From Dehalococcoidia bacterium (GTDB lineage Bacteria; Chloroflexota; Dehalococcoidia; Bin125), in contig OZ244908.1 of the NCBI GenBank assembly GCA_965221705.1, positions 2,363,913-2,427,912 on the forward strand: a stretch of DNA of 64,000 nt. Direction: 5' to 3'. The number at the start of each line of letters is the position of its first letter. Within the stretch, counting starts at the first letter, position 1. This document shows positions 35,195 through 44,785 of the stretch, piece after piece. The translations under genes and the position numbers were made by a program. The notes under the pieces were generated by a model, which saw only the letters and a list, made by a program, of their open reading frames with translations, was not told where the DNA came from and did not search any database.

Positions 35195-36697
35195 CTACGC
35201 GCCGTCGACGTCGGCCAGCGGTCCAGCGGACGGGGTGGTCGGCCAATCGGCGAGACGCTCATACGCATGCGCCGCGCGCAACACAGTCGACTCATCAAGT
35301 CGCGGGCCGACAAACTGCAATCCGACCGGCATCTCATCCCGCCCGAAGCCGGCCGGAACGGAAATCGCCGGCAGCCCAGCGATGTTGGCCGGGATTGTGA
35401 AGATGTCGTTCAGGTACATCTGATAGGGATCCGTGATCTCGCCCTGGCGAAAGGCGACCGACGGCGCGGTCGGCGCAACGATTACGTCGTGCTCGGCGAA
35501 CACGCGATCAAACTCTCGACGAATCAGCGTCCGCACCTTCTGCGCTTGCAGATAGTACGCGTCGTAGTAGCCCGCCGACAGCGCGTACGCGCCCAGCAGG
35601 ATGCGCCGCTTGACCTCGCGTCCAAAGCCGCGCTGACGCGTCGCTTCCATGTCACTCCACATCGACTCGCCTTCGCGGGCGCCATAGCCGTACTTGACCC
35701 CGTCAAATCGGGCCAGGTTGGCCGAGCACTCCGATGGCGCCAGCACGTAGTAGACCGGCAGCGACATCGGAATCGTCGGCATCGACGGCGACCGATCGAC
35801 AATCGCGCCATTCGCCGACAACAACTCAAGCGCCGCTTCGATCGCGGCGCCGACGTCGTCGTCCATGCCGTCGCCGAAGAACTCCTGGGGCGCGGCCACG
35901 CGCAAACCATCGAGACCGTCATTGAGCCGCTCGCTGAAGTCGGGCGCTGGCACGTCATAGCAGGTCGAGTCGAGCGGGTCGGGACCGGCGATCGCCTGCA
36001 GCATCAGCGCCGCGTCCTCCACGCTGCGCGTAAACGGACCGATCTGGTCGAGCGAGCTGGCAAACGCGATCAACCCGTAGCGCGACACGCGTCCATACGT
36101 CGGTTTGAGCCCGACCACACCGCAGAACGACGCCGGCTGACGAATCGATCCTCCCGTGTCGGACCCCAACGAGGCGATGCACTGACGCGCCGCCACCGCC
36201 GCCGCCGATCCGCCCGACGATCCGCCCGGCACGCGCTCCAGATCCCACGGATTCGCCGTCGGGAACCAGGCTGAGTGTTCGGTCGACGAGCCCATCGCGA
36301 ACTCGTCCATATTGGTTTTGCCCAGCGACACGGCGCCGGCATCGCGCAACCGCGACACCACTGTCGCGTCATACGGCGGAACCAAGTCATCAAGCATCCG
36401 CGATCCCGCCGTTGTCCGCACCCCTTCAGTCATCAGCACATCCTTGAGCGCGATCGGCAATCCGGTCAGCGGCCCGACGGCGTCGCCGCGCGCCAGCCGT
36501 TCATCGGCCGCGGACGCTTGCGCCATCGCTGACTCCGCAGTCACCGTGACGAATGCATGTACGTCTTCGTCAGTCGCGCCAATACGCCCCAGAAAGGCCT
36601 CGGTCAGCTCCTGCGATGTCACCTCACGCTCGAGCAGTCGCCGTCGACCCTCGACCAGGGTGAGGCTGAGCAGATCATCAGCAGGTAGAGCCGTCAT
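35195..36697 (-). CDS. gatA: Glutamyl/aspartyl-tRNA amidotransferase subunit A
   Basis: Amidase signature GGSSGGSAAAVA...GSDTGGSIRQPA. 500 aa. Confidence 0.95.
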   Translation of the reverse strand: MTALPADDLLSLTLVEGRRRLLEREVTSQELTEAFLGRIGATDEDVHAFVTVTAESAMAQASAADERLARGDAVGPLTGLPIALKDVLMTEGVRTTAGSRMLDDLVPPYDATVVSRLRDAGAVSLGKTNMDEFAMGSSTEHSAWFPTANPWDLERVPGGSSGGSAAAVAARQCIASLGSDTGGSIRQPASFCGVVGLKPTYGRVSRYGLIAFASSLDQIGPFTRSVEDAALMLQAIAGPDPLDSTCYDVPAPDFSERLNDGLDGLRVAAPQEFFGDGMDDDVGAAIEAALELLSANGAIVDRSPSMPTIPMSLPVYYVLAPSECSANLARFDGVKYGYGAREGESMWSDMEATRQRGFGREVKRRILLGAYALSAGYYDAYYLQAQKVRTLIRREFDRVFAEHDVIVAPTAPSVAFRQGEITDPYQMYLNDIFTIPANIAGLPAISVPAGFGRDEMPVGLQFVGPRLDESTVLRAAHAYERLADWPTTPSAGPLADVDGA

Positions 36698-36745
36698 TGC
36701 GGGACCGTCATTGCAGGACCGTCATTGTCGCGCCGTCACGATTGG
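36690..36745. repeat. Four tandem 14-nt units spanning the gatC stop to the gatA start
   Basis: The minus strand reads tcGTGACGGCGCGACA ATGACGGTCCTGCA ATGACGGTCCCGCA ATGACGGCTCTACC. Every unit starts with (A/G)TGACGG and the period is exactly 14 nt. Confidence 0.85.
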
Positions 36746-37047
36746 TCGAGCACCGCGTGCACTCGGAAGTACACGTCCTCGCGCAACGGCGCGTTGGCGA
36801 GCACCCGATCCCGCGCCATGGACGGCCGCGAGGCGTCCTCGTCCTGCACGTTGATCAAGTCAGCGCCATTGTTCGTCGGCTCGACATCAGCAGTGTCAAT
36901 CTCGGACAACGCATCGATGTGTGAGAGGATGCTGCCCAGCTCGCCGCGGAACTCTTCCACCTCTGCATCCGTCAATTCAATACGCACCAATGAGGCCAGG
37001 TGGCGCACCTGCTCGGCGCTGAATGTGGTCGGCTCTGATTCTGACAT
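36736..37047 (-). CDS. gatC: Glutamyl/aspartyl-tRNA amidotransferase subunit C
   Basis: 103 aa. VRHLASLVRIELTDAEVEEFRGELGSILSHIDALSEIDT is typical of GatC, and the gene sits immediately upstream of gatA. Confidence 0.9.
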   Translation of the reverse strand: MSESEPTTFSAEQVRHLASLVRIELTDAEVEEFRGELGSILSHIDALSEIDTADVEPTNNGADLINVQDEDASRPSMARDRVLANAPLREDVYFRVHAVLDQS

Positions 37048-37172
37048 CGGGAACTCGTTACCTCTGAGTCAACACTGAGCCTATCGCGCCAACGTCGAGT
37101 CGAGCGAGCATCGAAGCCAACTTGGACCTACTGTGAAACAGTCGATGTGAGATAGACGAAGGAGGCGCGCGG

Positions 37173-39992
37173 TTGCCGGATTCACACCAACCGAGACGGT
37201 CGCGTCGCGGACGCCGACGCAGTCTCGCCTCGCGTCTGGCGATGCGGTCGCGACGCCGATCGCGCAGTGATCGCGCGCAACCGGCGCGCATGCGCGGCTG
37301 GATGATCGTCCTGCTGATCCTGGTTGGCTCGCCACTGGTCCTGCTCGGCGCGACCGCCGGCGCCGCGTACCTGATCTATTCCGACATCGCCAGCGACCTC
37401 GCCGCGCCCGACGAAATCGAAGAGACGCAGCTGCTCCTGGGCAGCAGCCGCGTCTTCGATCGCAACGGCGAAGACGGCGTCCTGCTCTTCGAGTACGCCC
37501 GCCCCTACGACGGCCTGCGAGCGCCAGTGCGGCTCCATCGCGTCTCACAGCACATCATCGACGCCACCGTCGCCACCGAGGACGCCTCCTTCTGGACCAA
37601 CGAGGGAATCAACTTCCGCGGTCTCCTGCGCGCCGCATGGGAGAACTTCGGCGTCGGCAGCTCTGACTTTCTCGGCGGCTCGGGCGGCTCGTCAATCACT
37701 CAGCAGCTGGTCAAGAACGTCCTCATTCCCGCCGAAGAGCGGAGCGGACGCACATTCGACCGCGTCCGCGGCAAGATCAAAGAGACGATCCTCGCCGTCG
37801 AGCTGACCGACGAGTACAGCAAAGAACAGATCCTCGAGTGGTACCTCAACTCGATCTTCTACGGCAACTTCTCCTACGGCATCGGCGCCGCGAGTCAACG
37901 CTACTTCGGCAAACCTCCCGCAGACCTGTCTCTGGCTGAGTCGGCGCTGTTGGCCGGTCTGCCCCAAGCGCCGTCGCTCTACGACCCGTTGGTCAACTAC
38001 GACGGCGCCAAACAGCGTCAACGACAAGTCCTCGATCTCATGGTCCGACACGGCTACATCAGCCGCTCCGAGGCCGACGCCGCCTTCCGCGAGGAACTCG
38101 AGTTCGACTCGGCCGAGTTCGACATCGCCGCTCCGCATTACGTGCTCTACGTGCGACGCGAAGTCGAGCGACTCTGTGAGCTAGGCCGATTCCTGCCGCC
38201 GTACGGCTCGGGCGGCTGCGACAACCTGATGAACAACGGCGGGCTGCGCGTGCGCACGTCGCTCGACATCGCCCTGCAAGAACGCGCCGAAGTTGAACTC
38301 CGGTCGGCGATCGACGGCTTTGAAGACTCGACCGGAGCGCACAACGGCGCGCTCGTGGCGATCGATCCGACCAACGGCCAGATCTTGGCGCTCGTCGGCA
38401 GCCGAGACTTCTTCGATGAGTCGATCGATGGGCAAGTCAACCTGGCCACGGCGACGCACTCGCCCGGCTCCGCGCTCAAACCACTGACCTATCTGAGCGC
38501 CTTCCAGACCGATCCGCGCGCCTGGCATCCCGCGACAGTGCTCTGGGACGTCCCGACCACCTACGTCGAGGCCGACGGAACCGAGTTCCGCCCTGTCAAC
38601 TTCGACGGCGCCTTCCGCGGCCCGGTCACGATCCGCAGCGCGCTGGCCAACTCGATGAATGTGCCCGCCTTCGTCCTCGCCGATCGATTGGGCGCCGCCG
38701 CCTTGCTCGACACCATGCATCGCCTGGGCGTCACGACCATGCACGACCCGGGCGCATACGGCCCGTCGCTCACACTCGGCGGCGGCGAGGTCTCGCTGCT
38801 GGACTTGACCTTCGCCTACGCCACCCTGGCCAACCTCGGCGAAATGCGCGGCCAGCCGACGCTGCTCGCGCTGCCCGACGGATTTCGCGAGCTCGACCCC
38901 GTCGCCGTGCTCGAGATCCGCGACGCCGACGGCCGATTGCTCTACGAATGGTCCGCCACCGGCGAGCCCGAGCGCCGCGCCGTCGCGCGACCGGGGCAGG
39001 TCTACCAAATCACCGACATCCTCGCCAGCAACGATGCTCGGACGCTGCTCTACGGCCCCAACAGCGCGCTCAAACTCGATCGACCTGCGGCCGCCAAAAC
39101 CGGCACCGCAGGCGAACCCGAGCGCGACGACTTGCGCCGCGACTACTGGACGATGGGTTACACGCCGCAGCTGGCCGTCGGCGTCTGGGTCGGCAACGCC
39201 GACGAATCGCCCATGACCGGCGGTACGTCCGTCGGCACAGCCGGAATGATCTGGAATCGCTTCATGCTCGCCGCCCACAACGGTCTCGAGCCTCAGGACT
39301 TCACCGAACCGCCAGGCATCTATCGTTCCCAGGTCTACGCGCCCGCCATCACTCCGCGCGCCGCCGACGAATCCGACCTCGACGCCGAGCTGCTCAACCC
39401 CTGCGCCACGCCGCGCGAGGAGATCTTCATCTCGATCCGCGTCGCGCCAAGCGTCGACAACGCGATCTGCGTCGCGGTCGACGTCGACCGCCGAACGCTG
39501 CAACGCGCGACGGTCGACACGCCCGACGACTTCCGCCTCTCCGGCGTCTGGCTCGAACCGCCAACGCTCGCGCGCGGCGCCGCCACGACACTCGATCCGG
39601 GCGTCGTCGACTGGCTCCGAGAACACCGTGTCGCCTACCTCCAGCCTGGCGCCGTCGACGAGTCCGACGCGCCGGTCCGGCTCGACTCACCGGCCGATGC
39701 CGCGATCGTGCAGCGCGGCAGCCTGCTCGTGACCGGTCGCGCCGACAGCTCCGAGCTACTCCGCTGGTCGCTCAGCGCGCGATTGCTCGGCGACGACGAG
39801 TCGATCGTGATCGCCGCTGGCGACGAGCGAGTCGCCGGCGGCGCCTTGGGCCGCTGGGACAGCCGCGATGTCCCAAGCGGCGTCTATCAGCTGAGTCTCG
39901 AGGTCGTCGACGCCTATCTCGGATCAATCACCCACGAGATCGTCATCGCCGTGCCCGACGACGAACGCGTACGCGGACTGTCGGAGCAGTAG
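37173..39992 (+). CDS. Class A penicillin-binding protein (PBP1A-type transglycosylase/transpeptidase) with a long C-terminal extension
   Basis: Arg-rich cytoplasmic tail plus a TM helix. Glycosyltransferase motifs EDASFWTNEGINFRG and GGSSITQQLVKN. Transpeptidase motifs GSALKP (SxxK), SMN and KTGT. TTG 37173 lies 7 nt after GAAGGAGG. Confidence 0.9.
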   Translation: MPDSHQPRRSRRGRRRSLASRLAMRSRRRSRSDRAQPARMRGWMIVLLILVGSPLVLLGATAGAAYLIYSDIASDLAAPDEIEETQLLLGSSRVFDRNGEDGVLLFEYARPYDGLRAPVRLHRVSQHIIDATVATEDASFWTNEGINFRGLLRAAWENFGVGSSDFLGGSGGSSITQQLVKNVLIPAEERSGRTFDRVRGKIKETILAVELTDEYSKEQILEWYLNSIFYGNFSYGIGAASQRYFGKPPADLSLAESALLAGLPQAPSLYDPLVNYDGAKQRQRQVLDLMVRHGYISRSEADAAFREELEFDSAEFDIAAPHYVLYVRREVERLCELGRFLPPYGSGGCDNLMNNGGLRVRTSLDIALQERAEVELRSAIDGFEDSTGAHNGALVAIDPTNGQILALVGSRDFFDESIDGQVNLATATHSPGSALKPLTYLSAFQTDPRAWHPATVLWDVPTTYVEADGTEFRPVNFDGAFRGPVTIRSALANSMNVPAFVLADRLGAAALLDTMHRLGVTTMHDPGAYGPSLTLGGGEVSLLDLTFAYATLANLGEMRGQPTLLALPDGFRELDPVAVLEIRDADGRLLYEWSATGEPERRAVARPGQVYQITDILASNDARTLLYGPNSALKLDRPAAAKTGTAGEPERDDLRRDYWTMGYTPQLAVGVWVGNADESPMTGGTSVGTAGMIWNRFMLAAHNGLEPQDFTEPPGIYRSQVYAPAITPRAADESDLDAELLNPCATPREEIFISIRVAPSVDNAICVAVDVDRRTLQRATVDTPDDFRLSGVWLEPPTLARGAATTLDPGVVDWLREHRVAYLQPGAVDESDAPVRLDSPADAAIVQRGSLLVTGRADSSELLRWSLSARLLGDDESIVIAAGDERVAGGALGRWDSRDVPSGVYQLSLEVVDAYLGSITHEIVIAVPDDERVRGLSEQ

Positions 39993-40004
39993 CGGGCCTC
40001 CAAA

Positions 40005-41144
40005 CTAACGAGGCAACACGGCCTCAGCCTCGTCTGGTGAACCGATCCCGCGCACCGACTCGACAAACTCCGCCAGTGACGGTGCACGCTCTCGCAACGC
40101 GAACAATCGCGGACCCCACGGACTCGCCGAGCTGCCGCTCGCGCCATAGCCGCCGCGGAACGCGAGAAACGCCTGATTGATGCGCCGAAACGACCGCCCC
40201 ATACTTGCGAGCTCATCGCGCGCCTCGACCATCAACTGCTCGGCCGCCTCAACCTCGCCTCGCGCCAAGAGCGCGTCAACATCGATACGCAGCTGGCGCA
40301 AGATCGGATCCGTGCGCTCAAGCAACGCTGTCCACTCGCTGTCTTCAACCGCCGACTGCTGGAAGGCCGACTTGGCGGCAGCCGCCTGCCCTAACTCATC
40401 ACCGACGATGTCCGCCACGGTCTCGTTGATCGTCCGCATCTCCGAACCCTGCGCGTACGCGAGCCCCAACTTGTGAAAGCCGAGATAGTGGTGCGTCCAC
40501 TCGTGCGCCATAACCTGCAGCGTCCCCAACTGATGGCGCGAACCGATCACTGGCGCGGGATACAACGCCACGCCGCCTATCCGCGTTACCCAGGCCGACC
40601 ACTCGCCGCTCGACTCAACGGTCTGCTCGATTCGTTCCCGATCCTCGAGCGACACTTCTGATCCGAGCAAGACGGTACGCACCAGCTGCACCTCGTCTCG
40701 CTTCGATACCGCGAGCACATGCAGCGTCTCGTCGATGTCCATGTCGACCGGCGGCCAGACCAGCCGCACGCCAGAGAACAGCGGCAACGGCGTTCGCACC
40801 CCGCGTGCTTCTACGGCCTCGCTGAGCAACCGCTCCAACACACGCTCGGCGGCCTTACGATCCTCCGCATCGCGCTCAGCGAACCATCGCTCTAGGATTT
40901 CGTCGTCGTCATCCTCGGGCTCGCCGAACCAGGCGGCGACCTCCGTCAACAAACGATTCGGCAAGTGCGTCAACTCAAAGCGAACGAGTCCAAACCGATG
41001 CCCATCCGTCGCCGACTCAACCAATGCTCCCAGCTCCGACGGCGATGATTTCAGACCCCGCAACAGCGCCGTCGCCCCTGCGAATGTGACGCCCGCAACC
41101 AGAACGGCGCACAGAATCGTGAGCCAAGCTCGCCGTCGTCGCAT
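40005..41144 (-). CDS. Membrane-anchored hypothetical protein with an HExxH zinc-metallopeptidase motif
   Basis: N-terminal RRRRAWLTILCAVLVAGVTFAG anchor and MAHEWTHHYLGF (HExxH). The family is not recognised. Confidence 0.5.
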   Translation of the reverse strand: MRRRRAWLTILCAVLVAGVTFAGATALLRGLKSSPSELGALVESATDGHRFGLVRFELTHLPNRLLTEVAAWFGEPEDDDDEILERWFAERDAEDRKAAERVLERLLSEAVEARGVRTPLPLFSGVRLVWPPVDMDIDETLHVLAVSKRDEVQLVRTVLLGSEVSLEDRERIEQTVESSGEWSAWVTRIGGVALYPAPVIGSRHQLGTLQVMAHEWTHHYLGFHKLGLAYAQGSEMRTINETVADIVGDELGQAAAAKSAFQQSAVEDSEWTALLERTDPILRQLRIDVDALLARGEVEAAEQLMVEARDELASMGRSFRRINQAFLAFRGGYGASGSSASPWGPRLFALRERAPSLAEFVESVRGIGSPDEAEAVLPR

Positions 41145-41172
41145 GATCCCGATGCTACGCTCAACCGCGTCG

Positions 41173-41628
41173 ATGACTGCTTCCCCAACCGAGACCGTTC
41201 ATCTCCACAGCGCCCGACGCGAGGCGCGCGCCGTCGCCGCCGCGATCGACTTGCTCGTCATCGCGGGAATCGGAGCGCTCTTCGCCGTCATCGCGACGAT
41301 CGCGATGCTGCTCCAGGTTGACCCGTTCCAACGAGACCCGACGAACGGCGAATGGGCCGTCGGTTACAGCGTCTGGCTGCTCTTCATTCCCGCTTCGATC
41401 GCCTATGCATCGATGGGACATCGCACACTGGGCGCCAGAGCCTTGACGCTCAGCCTCTCAGACTCGGCGCCCTGGCGGCTCGCCCTGCGTGGACTCATGT
41501 GGTGGCCCTCGGCGATCCTGCTCTGCGTCGGCCTGTGGTGGTCCTGGCTCGACTCCGACGGACGCAGCCTGACCGACCGCATCAGCGGCGCGACGCTCGT
41601 CGAGACGCCCAAGACCGTCAAGCGGTGA
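41173..41628 (+). CDS. RDD family membrane protein
   Basis: RREARAVAAAIDLLVI..., two or three TM helices, then ...GHRTLGARALTLSL...DSDGRSLTDRISGATLVE, matching the RDD domain layout (R...D...D). Alternative starts are ATG 41143 and 41152. The track ORF from 40735 is an antisense artefact across the neighbouring gene. Confidence 0.6.
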   Translation: MTASPTETVHLHSARREARAVAAAIDLLVIAGIGALFAVIATIAMLLQVDPFQRDPTNGEWAVGYSVWLLFIPASIAYASMGHRTLGARALTLSLSDSAPWRLALRGLMWWPSAILLCVGLWWSWLDSDGRSLTDRISGATLVETPKTVKR

Positions 41629-42458
41629 GTCGACAACCCACGCCGTTCGGGTCGCAGTCGGCGAGCGATTCGCATTGGCGACGCACGGCGCTGATCATCG
41701 CCATGCTGCTGACCGCGGCGGTGGCGGCGATCGCCGTTGTCGCGCTCTCAGTCACCCAACTCACTGAACGCGAAACAGCGCAACGATTGCTCGCGCGCAC
41801 TACGAACGCCATGCTCGAGATCGATCGCTACGTCGCTCAGGCCTGGCCCAGCCTCGAGGCCGCCGCCAGCGGCGACGAGCCGATCCCGCTTGATGGATTC
41901 CCCATCGCGCTGCAGCTCGATCCAGCAGGCCTCAGCGACGGCCCCGACGCCGTCGCCGACGCCATCGCGTCGGCAACCGCCTCACTGCTCTACGAGCAGG
42001 GATTCGACATCTTCGCCGAGTCGCCGCAGGTCTTTCGACTGGTCACCAGAGGCGGCGTCTTCGACGCCACAATCGGTCGCTTGACTGGCGGCGGTCGTGA
42101 CATCGCGGCCGTCGCCTTGATTGTCAGCGGAACACTGACGGTGATCCTCGCCCTCACGACCGCATCGCAAGCGAGCGGTTGGCGACGATTCGGCGCGCCG
42201 GCCGCTTCAATCGCTGTTGGCGCCGCGCTCGTCTGGATCGTCGCCGCTGTGGCCCAGAGCGCGACGTCGGGTCGCGCCGATGCGACACTCGACGTCTTCC
42301 TCGCCGAGCTCTGGCTGATCGCCGCAGATGCCGCTGCGCTGACAGCGCGAAACGCCGTAATCGTCGCCATCGCAGCCGGCCTGGTGGCGCTCGGCAGCCT
42401 CGTCGCCAGCGCGCTCACGCGCCCGCGCGAGCCGACGCCGCGCCTCGACCGATACTGA
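41625..42458 (+). CDS. Hypothetical polytopic membrane protein
   Basis: GTG 41625 overlaps the RDD gene stop (GTGA). One N-terminal TM helix, a loop of about 120 aa, then 3-4 Ala-rich TM helices. No family recognised. Confidence 0.45.
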   Translation: MSRQPTPFGSQSASDSHWRRTALIIAMLLTAAVAAIAVVALSVTQLTERETAQRLLARTTNAMLEIDRYVAQAWPSLEAAASGDEPIPLDGFPIALQLDPAGLSDGPDAVADAIASATASLLYEQGFDIFAESPQVFRLVTRGGVFDATIGRLTGGGRDIAAVALIVSGTLTVILALTTASQASGWRRFGAPAASIAVGAALVWIVAAVAQSATSGRADATLDVFLAELWLIAADAAALTARNAVIVAIAAGLVALGSLVASALTRPREPTPRLDRY

Positions 42459-42534
42459 AGGCCCGCACGCAACGCCTCCGATGCCATGCCGTGTACGATG
42501 CAACAAACTGAGTCGTCGCGGCCATTCGCGCTCG

Positions 42535-42609
42535 GCGGGAGTAGCTCAGTGGTAGAGCATCTGCTTCCCAAGCAGAGGGCCGCGGGTTCGAATCCCGTCT
42601 CCCGCTCCA
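42535..42609 (+). tRNA. tRNA-Gly (anticodon CCC), CCA encoded
   Basis: Hand-folded cloverleaf. Acceptor GCGGGAG/CTCCCGC. D arm GCTC-AGTGGTA-GAGC. Anticodon arm TCTGC-TTCCCAA-GCAGA. T arm GCGGG-TTCGAAT-CCCGT. Discriminator T followed by CCA. Confidence 0.95.
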
Positions 42610-42665
42610 CACCGGCTCAGTAGCGAGACAACGCGTTCGAACGATCGAACAGTAAGGAAGCTCCC

Positions 42666-43847
42666 ATGGAACTGCGATTCTCCGAGGCCGAAGAACAGCT
42701 GCGCGGCGATGTCCGCCAGTTCCTGCTCGACAACATCCCCGCGCCATCGTCGTCCGAAGGCCCCGGGGGCGCGCGCGAAAACGACCAGGACTTCGACAAC
42801 GCGCTCGAGTTCAACCGCAAACTCGGCGAACGCGGCTGGATCGCTCCCGCCTGGCCCAAGGAGTACGGCGGCCTCGGCGCGTCGATCTACGAGCAGATCG
42901 TCTTCAACGAGGAGTTCGGCTACCACGGCGCGCCCGACACCGGCACGCGCGGCTTCGGCGTCGGCATGATCGGCCCGACCTTGATCATTCACGGCAGCGA
43001 CGAGCAAAAGGCCGAGTACCTGCCCAAGATCACCTCTGGCGAGCACATCTGGTGCCAGGGCTACTCCGAGCCCGGCTCCGGCTCCGACCTCGCATCGCTG
43101 CAGACCCGCGCTGTCCGCGACGGCGACGACTACATCATCAACGGTCAGAAAATCTGGACCTCTGGCGGCCACCGCGCCAACCAGATGTTCTGCCTCGTCC
43201 GCACCGACCCCGACGCGCCCAAGCACCGCGGCATCTCCTTCCTGCTGATCGACGACATCAAGAACACGCCCGGACTCTCGGTCCGCCCGCTGATCAACAT
43301 GGCCGGACGGCATCACTTCAACGAAGTCTTCTTCGAGGACGTCCGCGTGCCGGCCAAGAACCGCATCGGCGAAGAGAACCGCGGCTGGTACGTCGGCATG
43401 ACCCTGCTCGACTTCGAACGCTCCGGCATCGGCACGACCGCCGGCCAGCGCCGCACCCTCGAAGGGATGACCGAAGAGCTGCAGAACGGCTCCGCCGAAG
43501 ACCGCCAGCGATACCGCATGGGCCTCGCCGACCTCGTCGTCGCCAACAACGTCGCCAAGTACCTCGGCTACCGCATCGGACATATCCAGGCCACCGGCAA
43601 CGTGCCTAACTACGAAGCCTCGGTGATCAAGATCTTCCAGTCCGAGCTCGGTCAGAAGATCTACAACTACGGGATCAAGATGTTCGGCCTCGGCGGCCAG
43701 CTGATTCCCGAGGAGCCGACGGCGCCCTGGCGCGGCGACATGCCCGAGCAGTACCTGCTCGCCGTGCCCAGCACGATCTACTCCGGCACCAACGAGATCC
43801 AGCGCAACATCATCGCCACCCGCGGCCTCGGCCTCCCGCGCAGCTAG
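42666..43847 (+). CDS. Acyl-CoA dehydrogenase family protein
   Basis: WCQGYSEPGSGSDLASL...INGQKIWTSG...C-terminal IYSGTNEIQRNIIA. Confidence 0.9.
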   Translation: MELRFSEAEEQLRGDVRQFLLDNIPAPSSSEGPGGARENDQDFDNALEFNRKLGERGWIAPAWPKEYGGLGASIYEQIVFNEEFGYHGAPDTGTRGFGVGMIGPTLIIHGSDEQKAEYLPKITSGEHIWCQGYSEPGSGSDLASLQTRAVRDGDDYIINGQKIWTSGGHRANQMFCLVRTDPDAPKHRGISFLLIDDIKNTPGLSVRPLINMAGRHHFNEVFFEDVRVPAKNRIGEENRGWYVGMTLLDFERSGIGTTAGQRRTLEGMTEELQNGSAEDRQRYRMGLADLVVANNVAKYLGYRIGHIQATGNVPNYEASVIKIFQSELGQKIYNYGIKMFGLGGQLIPEEPTAPWRGDMPEQYLLAVPSTIYSGTNEIQRNIIATRGLGLPRS

Positions 43848-43996
43848 CCCGAATCGGGAAGGTCAGGTCAAGAGGAAGATCCTGAGCCACAGGAATCGCC
43901 CGACGTCGATCCTGACATCATTGACCGTGGACAGTGGTGACCGCAGCGCAGCGACTACCCTCAATGCAGACCCTCTGATGCGCTGAGGAGCCCGCC

Positions 43997-44785
43997 GTGT
44001 CCGATCCGCCCCTGCTCTACGAGAAAGACCCCGCCAATCGACGCTGCGTGATCACGTTCAATCGCCCTGAGCGCATGAACGCCATGTCGCCCGAGCTGCT
44101 CCGACTCCTGCGCGACGCCACGGCCGACTTCAACTCCGATCCCGACATCTGGGTCGCGATCATCACCGGCGCCGGCGAGCGCGCCTTCTGCGCCGGCGCC
44201 GACCTCGGCTCGACCATTCCCGCCAAAGCCGCGGGAGCTCGCGACGAGCCGCTGCGCGTCAATCAAACGCGCATGCTGCACGACGTCTTCAAGCCGATCA
44301 TCTCGGCCGTCAACGGATACTGCATCGCCGGCGGTCTCGAGTACATGCTCGGCACTGACATCCGCGTCGCCGCCGAGCACGCCGAGTTCGGCCTCCAGGA
44401 AGTGCGCTGGGCAATCGTGCCCGACCAGGGCGCGCACATCCGACTGCCCCGACAGATCCCCTGGGCCTGGGCGATGGAGATGATCCTCACCGGTCGACGC
44501 TTCAGCGCCCAAGAAGCGCTTCAGTGCGGCCTGATCAACCGCGTCGTGCCGCTCGATGAGTTGATGCCCGCCGCTCACGCGATCGCTGACCAGATCTGCG
44601 CCAACGGTCCGCTCGCTGTGCGCACAGCAAAGGAAATCGTCGTCCGCGGCGCAATGGGCATGTCCTGGGAGCAAGCCTGGAGCCTCGAGTCGCTGCTTGG
44701 CGCGCGCGCCTTCGGCAGCGAAGACGCTATTGAAGGCCCCAAAGCCTTCATGGAAAAGCGCACGCCCCAGTTCAAGGGCAGGTGA
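43997..44785 (+). CDS. Enoyl-CoA hydratase/isomerase family protein
   Basis: VITFNRPERMNAM...ITGAGERAFCAGADL...ISAVNGYCIAGGLE. GTG start preceded by GAGGAG. Confidence 0.85.
   Translation: MSDPPLLYEKDPANRRCVITFNRPERMNAMSPELLRLLRDATADFNSDPDIWVAIITGAGERAFCAGADLGSTIPAKAAGARDEPLRVNQTRMLHDVFKPIISAVNGYCIAGGLEYMLGTDIRVAAEHAEFGLQEVRWAIVPDQGAHIRLPRQIPWAWAMEMILTGRRFSAQEALQCGLINRVVPLDELMPAAHAIADQICANGPLAVRTAKEIVVRGAMGMSWEQAWSLESLLGARAFGSEDAIEGPKAFMEKRTPQFKGR

Noticed and set aside
42535-42609. tRNA-Gly as the attachment site of a genomic island carrying the downstream catabolic genes and GmrSD
   Set aside because: There is no integrase, excisionase or transposase in the window, and I did not spot a direct repeat of the tRNA 3-prime end downstream by eye. 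This cannot be excluded without a computed repeat search and comparative genomics.
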